From: Paraglomus brasilianum
Taxonomy: Eukaryota
Reading direction: 5' to 3'
Length of the DNA stretch: 43,108 bases
Assembly (NCBI GenBank): GCA_910592345.1
Contig: CAJVPI010000199.1
Coordinates: forward strand, 1 to 43,108
Below are positions 35,949 through 43,108 of the stretch, one piece after another. The position numbers and the translations under genes are program-made. Under the pieces are notes generated by a model. It made no database searches. It was not told the DNA's origin and was given only the letters and a program-made list of their open reading frames with translations. The stretch's first letter is position 1. Each line of letters opens with the position of its first letter.

Positions 35949-37803
35949 ATGTCCGCGGAGATTTCGCAACTTGTCAATATTAAAGATCCTCTGAATGCCA
36001 GGTCATTACAAGTCCAACAATCTTCGTACGCTGAGAATGATCCAGCTACCGAGTTTTTCTGTACGTTGAAATGAATGGGTTTTGGGTAATTGCAAATACT
36101 TTCAAGGTTTACTAGCGTGAAATTCGCTTAATGTCTCATTATCGCTGCTTTTACTATAGATCGTCCTCGCACACTTAGTGTGCTAGCGGCAATGTTAATA
36201 GCATTGGTTTACGTAGCAATGAATCCTGACACTGAAGAAGATACTTCGGCAAACTTCAAAAAGTAAGCGTCCGCAATAATAACGCATGTCGAAAAGCTCG
36301 CTCCCAAACCTATGTTTACATGTTCTTCAATTTATTTTCAACAGAGGTTTCTCAGCAAGTATTTGCTTCTTTCTCCTCTTTGCCATGTTGCAGTTTAGAG
36401 ACGGTCCATTTATTAGACCACATCCGGCGTTTTGGCGTATTGTAATGGGGCTCGGAGTGCTGTACCAGACCTTTCTGGTATTTCTCTTATTTCAGGTAAA
36501 CATCGACATTATATGTAAAACACACGTGATTTATTTACAATAGCTAGTCATGGTAACGTCTGTCGATATATCATAACACGTACAGAGTAAAAAAGATGCG
36601 CGGTATTCCATTTCGTTGATTGATCCCAACCTAGGAGTACCACTCCCGGAAAGATCGTACGCTGAAAGTTGCGAATTGACGTATCAAAATGTAAAAGTAA
36701 GTACCGTCCATCTCGATCGCTCCTCATAAGAACGAAAACGCATTCAACGTAATAATATACCGTAAACTCTCGTTAAAGGATCAAATTGATGTCTTTGTCA
36801 TATACCATTCAATAGGTTGGTATGCAAAGGCTGTAGTTATCCGTGATTATTGGTTTTGCTGGGTCCTATCGGTGATGTTTGAGATTATGGAATATTCGCT
36901 GCAGCATCAATTGCCCAACTTTGCTGAATGCTGGTGGGATCATGTGAGTGCACGTCAAAAACATGACAAAACACGTAGAGCAGTCATGATATGGCATTTT
37001 TGGGGAAAATCGTCATCTCACTAGTTATTCTCGTTTTTTAGTGGATTCTTGATGTTATTTTATGTAACTGGCTTGGGCTTTACCTGGGAATGAAGACTTG
37101 TGAATATTTTGAGATGAAACATTATTCATGGCGTGGTATTAAAGAGATCCCAACGATCAGAGGAATGGTGAAAAGAACTGTCTGGCAATTTACGCCACAT
37201 AGTTGGACTAAATTCGAATGGGGCACGACTAAAAACTTCAAGAACTATATGGCAGTTATCGGACTATTGTTTTTGGTATATTGGTATACATTTGAGGCAT
37301 TATTTTAAATCTTATGCAAAGATTATGTATAATTCTAATGACTTTTTCTGTTTAGTATTTACAAGGCGAATTGAATGCATTCTACCTCAAGTATTTACTG
37401 TGGATTCCATCAACCCATCCACTTAATTCATACCGAGCAACACTGCTATGCTTCTGCTGTTTTCCTGCTACGAGGGAAGCATACCAATACCTTACTGACA
37501 AGTAAGTTGATATGTAATCCCACCTATTGATTTGTCTAATGCATCTACTAAGCGATCTCGCCTTTATCCTATTTATCTAGAAATTGTAAGCGTTTTGGAC
37601 CGCAAGCATGGCTAATAATAGCAACGATAATGACCGAGAGTGTAATTTGTCTAAAGTTTGCACAAGGAGAGTTTCCCAACCCCGCTCCAACATCTGTAAA
37701 AATCTTTTGGTTTTTGTTTATAAGTGCATTAGTAGGATATGCAATATGGCAATTTGGGTTGCCCGAATTGAATAAAGATAAGAAAGAGACCAAAGAGGAA
37801 TGA
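35949..37803 (+). CDS. Phosphatidylserine synthase, base-exchange (PTDSS1/2) type; 8 exons
   Basis: [89 protein letters not shown]; all introns GT-AG and in phase. Confidence 0.95.
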
Positions 37804-38294
37804 AAGTGAAAAGGGCAGATGGTCATTCGGAGAAACGATCAAGGACGTCGTTTGACAGCAATTGTTTGGAACAACAAAATACCGAATAATAAGCATCTTG
37901 ACACAAGTATATATTTATTATATTCGTAATAATCATAAACTTGGCGAGGATTTTGTCATAGTATTAGGTCAGCATCTCATTTGTTTGTAGAATGAAAAAC
38001 AATCTTCATACACTTGACGTTAGGAATAGTTCATATTCAGATATTCTGTCGTACTATTTTATATATTCATATCAATTAAAACTTGTATAAATTGAGCACT
38101 ATTCATACTTCAATAAAAAATCGACAATAGGATCTTCCTATACAATTGTTAATGGCGTCAATTGCGACCTGACTCTTGTCTTGAAATGCCGGATCTCGTT
38201 GATATACTATTCTAATACTGTATATGTTCTAAATCACATGACAATAACACGTTGATTAAATCCATCACTCACGCAATCAGTGATATTTACAAAA

Positions 38295-40421
38295 ATGTTA
38301 TCCCTCAATGCAAGGGTATTTCAACCCGTGTTCTCCCGCACAAGAGTACGGTCTAACCGCATGCTGAATATACTGAATGCAGTTCGAAGATTATCATCGT
38401 ATTCGGACACAAAAGATTTACCGGACAAGGTTAAAATTATCATGAAACAGATGGAAACCAAAGGTCAGGTGAGTTGAAGTAAATAGTCATTAAAGTGATT
38501 ATGTACCATATAATTAATCTGATTACTAAATGTAATTGACTCGTAGACGAGGTAGATATCAAACCGACTCATGAACCCACGCTAGAGATTAAACAGGATG
38601 TTGGATCCACTTATGGGTTAGTCATAATGCAAACGACTGCTCAATCCTTTCGTCAGTCTGATTGAATATAAAGAACAACATCCTAACAATTTCAGGGGAA
38701 ATTACAAGTTAAACTGGATATTACCACCAAGGACTGTCTTGATTGTTCGGAAACAGTTTAGCAGAATAACACATTCCGCTTTGATCGAGATTGCAACGTA
38801 TGTCGGGACCAATCGATGCGATTCAAAAGCTCTCACAGTTTCCTAATTAGAGTTGAGGTATTCGATTTCTGTAGATGGCTTCACGAGAACTTCCCGTACG
38901 TTAACATTGTCGTTGAAAAAGATGTGGTAGAAGAGTTAGAGAACGAGCTCCCATTTGTAAAAGTCGTCCCGCCTGATTCACGTAAGGTGTACAATTTTTA
39001 TTCGAATTGCTTTTTCTCTTACTTCATGTTCTAATCATTTAATTATTCAAAAGACCAGGAAGCAGAGTATACCAGAATAGTCGATTTTGTAATTAGTTTA
39101 GGAGGAGACGGAACCATGCTTCATGTATCTTCTTTGTTTGATTCGGCTGTTCCACCCGTGGTTTCATTTTCCATGGGAACGCTTGGGTTTTTGATGCCAT
39201 TTCGTAAGCATGAATTCTAAAAGAAAAATTTTTACGTGGATAATTAATCTTTTAACAAACAGCGCGCGCGTCCCAGGCAAAACATATGTTTTATAGAGAC
39301 GCGGACTAATACCGCCATTTTATTTTTCTCAACAGAATTTCATCAATATAAGAGAATGCTTGAGGAAATAATGCGAGGCGAAGTCTCATTGGCACTTCGA
39401 ATGCGATTATTATGTTCGTTGTGGGATAAAGATGGAAAGAGACTACAAAGAAACGGGGAAAACATACGTAAGACATTCTAACGAGTCTATATCCATATTA
39501 ATACATTGTATTGTATTCATAAAACCTGACACCTTTTTTTTTGCAGCGGATTTTCAAGTGATGAATGAAGTAAATCTTCATAGAGGACGACACCCGCATC
39601 TTACAGCTATCGATTGTTTCGTAAATGGGCAGTGTTGGACTGATGCTGTGGTCAGTTCATGTACGCGATTGTTTTTTTTTATAAACTAGAGACACGTACC
39701 TAAAATTTATATCCTCCTGTACGTCATTATTATTACCATCTTACATTAGGCGGATGGCTTGATCGTGGCCACTCCAACTGGATCGACTGCATATTCGCTT
39801 TCTGCAGGTACGGTAATAATATCGCGTTCGTCGATATGGATTAATACAACTTACAAAATGCAAATCCTCTATTCCAGGCGGCCCAATTATTCATCCTTCG
39901 GTACAATCCTTGTTATTGACACCGATTTGCCCCAGATCGTTATCATTTAGACCCGTCATTCTTCCACCCAATGCTGTTATCCAACTTCGTGTAAGCATGG
40001 AAATAAGTTTGTGTCTGAAGCTGATTTTGAATATGGGGGCTATCAATCGCGTTTACGGCAATTGACTTTAAATATGATCTTTAACTAGATAGGTGATTCT
40101 AGCAGAGGCAGTACGGAAATGACGGTTGATGGTCGAGAAGTCTGTAACTTAACAAAAGGAGAATACCTGGAGGTAATGTCCTTACTACATTATTAATCAC
40201 TGCTTAAGGTATAGATCTCTTATAGCAAGACAAGTGCTAATTCACTTGCCCTACTTTCGCGCCAAAAAAAAAAAAAAAAAAAGGTCCAAATGTCGCCATA
40301 CCCGGTTCCGACTGTTAGCCGTACAAATACGGGAATCGACTGGCTGAAAGATGTTAATGATCTATTGAAATGGAATCAGAGTTTCGGCAACAAACAGTTA
40401 TTGATTCACGGTCTCAGTTAA
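38295..40421 (+). CDS. POS5: NAD(H) kinase, POS5-like with probable mitochondrial presequence, multi-exon
   Basis: Arg-rich N-terminus; [71 protein letters not shown]. The exon 1-2 junction is uncertain. Confidence 0.9.
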
Positions 40422-41624
40422 AGAGTATAAATAGTGTAGATGACAACCATCGCATGGTTACTTATTTTAAACGGCGGAAACACAACTATCGATATCTATC
40501 TTAAGGCACCGCGTGAAACTTTCTTATTTATATACATATCTATGAATAGCACGATAAGTGGATAGTCTGACTAACGTTCTCGTTCAATGATAACTTAAAT
40601 TAGTTTTATTATCTATTTTGGCTTGCTATTATTTCGGTTATATTATTAACTATTTTGACGGCTTAGAAATAATTCACTTAGGAGCGTTTATGTTACAAAC
40701 TTGACCTCTAACTTTGCTTACGCGTCCCGTGTCAATTAAAGCATAGCTAAAATTTGCAGGCGGCTCTTTATATTTTCTATTGACTCTCACTCAAGTGTTG
40801 TGCTAAACTATTTAATAAATAAGCACCGATAGTCGCACTATTCTTTCCCGTCTGGTCTGATACTCCTAACTTCGTAAGCTGGCTTGTCCGGTTCAATTAG
40901 CCTCACCTCGTAAGCAATAGACACTTCCGTTCAGCAACAACAACGCACAAGAATAGAACTATTATTAGAACAACAACTAGGTTAATAAATTTCGACGCGT
41001 TCTAGTAAATGTGTCCATTAATTGCAGACGATAAATTAATTAATTTCACTGCGCATTCGTAGTATTTTATTAATATAAAATATTATGTGTCCGGAGCCTA
41101 GCGAAGGACTTTCTATTGTTATGAGGTATGCACTGACCCCTGTAATAGTTTCCTTCCGTCACCTTATGTACGTTTACCCGTTCTGCCACATTTTTTAATA
41201 ACGCGTGAACAATAATACTGATGATAAACGCTGATAATCTTTCTTTTTCGCGACGGACTTTTTTAACGGTTTCCTAACATTAACGTTAAGGTTATTACAA
41301 CTGAATGTAATAACATTACAGCATTTGAACAATCCAACACGATATAACGAGGGAATCTAGCCAGAATTTTTATAAGAGATAGGGCGTATTTTTTGGACCT
41401 TGCCACGAACTTACTTTTGTTGTGACAATAGGGGCGCAATTTTGAGTGTCCGTTACATTAACATCGGGATGCTACATATTTTTAAATTGTGACGACGAAA
41501 TCAAGCGTACTAATTAGATTTCCTGCTACTTGGTGTGGCATTTATTTAAGTTATAATCCGTTCAATAATAATAAATTGTATTGAGTTGGTTAACTTGATG
41601 AATTGAATCGAATAAATAAACACA

Positions 41625-41705
41625 TAAGTAGACAGCAGTATATCTATACTGCTGTCTACTTACGTTATACTGTTACCTACTTATAGGTATACTGTTGCCT
41701 ACTTA
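41625..41705. repeat. 18-bp-stem perfect hairpin followed by two further copies of its arm
   Basis: TAAGTAGACAGCAGTATA-TC-TATACTGCTGTCTACTTA (41625-41662), then TATACTGTT(A/G)CCTACTTA x2. Confidence 0.85.
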
Positions 41706-41969
41706 TTTTATAGCTGCCCATTTTGACCTCTAATAAGCTTAATATTTACTTCCTTTCAATGATTCAGGTGATATACAGATCATATGTGTATCGTCATTCG
41801 AGAACCATTGTGATATATATCTGAATAATGATTTAGTCATCACTTCTACATGCGACGTATCATTTGCCGGTTTGGTGATCGTGGCCGATTTCCGTCGCTG
41901 GGTCACATGGGCAAAAAAAATATATATCTGACGATGTATTCAGTCATATGTCGTCATTTGTGGGCCCGA

Positions 41970-42575
41970 TGTGAGGGCTATGCCCGAACTGGGCACATAG
42001 TGCCCTTAGCTTTCTGGTTAATTCTTCTATGAGGGCCAGGTTTGAGGCACGTAGTGCCGAAATAGTATTCATATCCTAGCTTTGTATAATACACTCAAAT
42101 ATCAATCGAGGATGAGGCACGTAGTGCCGAATTGTTATCATAACTGGTAATACATCAAAGCATCCGATGATGAGGCACGTAGTGCCGAATTGCTAACTTC
42201 TGCAGTTACGAAACCTGTTATCCAATAAGGGGATAATTGATTAAAAATTCTTAGATTAGGTTTGTAATCGGGATACAAGAAGGAAAAGCTTATTTTAAAC
42301 TATCAGATAAACCTTTAGTTAAAGAAGCTATTATGATTCATTCGAATATCACCCGACGTAGTGCCGAATTGTTAGCTATTATAATGCACTCGAGTATCGA
42401 TCAAGGATGAGGCATGTAATGCCGAATTGTTAACATATCTGGTAATAACATCAAAGCATCCGATGATGAGGCACGTAGTGCTGAATTGTTAACATATCTG
42501 ATAATAACACCAAAGCATTCGATGATGAGGCACGTAGTGCCGAATTGTTAACATATCTGTTGATACCCCAAAGCA
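41970..42575 (+). repeat. Tandem array of hammerhead-ribozyme-like motifs (7-8 copies)
   Basis: (TGA)TGA-GGCAC-GTA-GTGCC-GAA at ~42043, 42111, 42168, 42356 (partial), 42406, 42464, 42523, and a variant at 41972; spacers are themselves repeated. Confidence 0.75.
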
Positions 42576-42697
42576 TAATTATATATATTATATATCTTTC
42601 TATAATAATTATACCTTGGGATATCATCTTTTTTCAGTATTTAGCTGGCTTATACTGATACCTAAATCGTACTTTTTATATATTTCAAAATATCATT

Positions 42698-42746
42698 ATA
42701 TCGAAAACTTTGGGATATCACTATATCGAAAACTTTGGAGTATCAC
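42698..42746. repeat. ~24-bp tandem repeat within a CGATA/TATCG-rich tract
   Basis: TATATCGAAAACTTTGG(G/AG)..TATCAC x2. Confidence 0.75.
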
Positions 42747-43108
42747 TTTTTTCGATACCTTGAAGTATTATTTTTATTGATACCTAAATTAGGCAACACA
42801 AAAATGGTTATCGACTCCTGGTACGTATATTATATGCGTGTTCTTTTTCGGAACACGACCACTTTCATTTCGGAACTTTATAATCTAGATATCAAAGTAT
42901 TAATTTTTGATTTAAATTTTTTCTCATACTTATTGTAAGAGGCGACAAAAACCCTCTACCTGAGATGAATAACTAGTTAAATGTAACAATCTCTCTGCTT
43001 CAGAAATTACTACTAAAACTAGATGATATTATCTTAGTACCTTATGCTTGCTTTATTAAAAGATTTATAACGATTATGCATATTCAATGATTGCTAGAGA
43101 TTTATTTT

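Noticed and set aside
42040..42560. CRISPR array (palindromic ~26-bp repeats at regular spacing)
   Set aside because: Spacers are not unique (two spacer types recur), there are no cas genes, the context is eukaryotic, and the motif fits a hammerhead-like core better.

Overview
Eukaryotic, AT-rich, intron-containing fungal genomic DNA. The gene families (TKL-type kinases with WTSGN/WIPY motifs, BTB-BACK-TLDc protein, origin-binding-protein helicase relic) point to an arbuscular mycorrhizal fungus (Glomeromycota); this is an inference. Intact multi-exon genes: a PHD-finger/H15-like chromatin protein, UBP14 (USP5/13 type), a TKL kinase, a BTB-BACK-TLDc protein, HEM2 (ALA dehydratase), a base-exchange phosphatidylserine synthase and a POS5-like NAD(H) kinase. 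There is also the first exon of a second kinase paralog at the left edge and one intronless hypothetical gene. The intergenic space holds decayed DNA transposons (pogo, mariner, nested Tc1-in-Tc1, a MITE, a possible mini-Helitron) and a frameshifted viral-type origin-binding SF2 helicase. The two most unusual signals are an unannotated ~600-nt intergenic region with many nested helices (candidate structured ncRNA, about 10.0-10.6 kb) and a tandem array of hammerhead-ribozyme-like motifs with compensatory stem changes (about 42.0-42.6 kb) that superficially resembles a CRISPR array. All calls were made by eye from the sequence; no database searches or folding programs were run.
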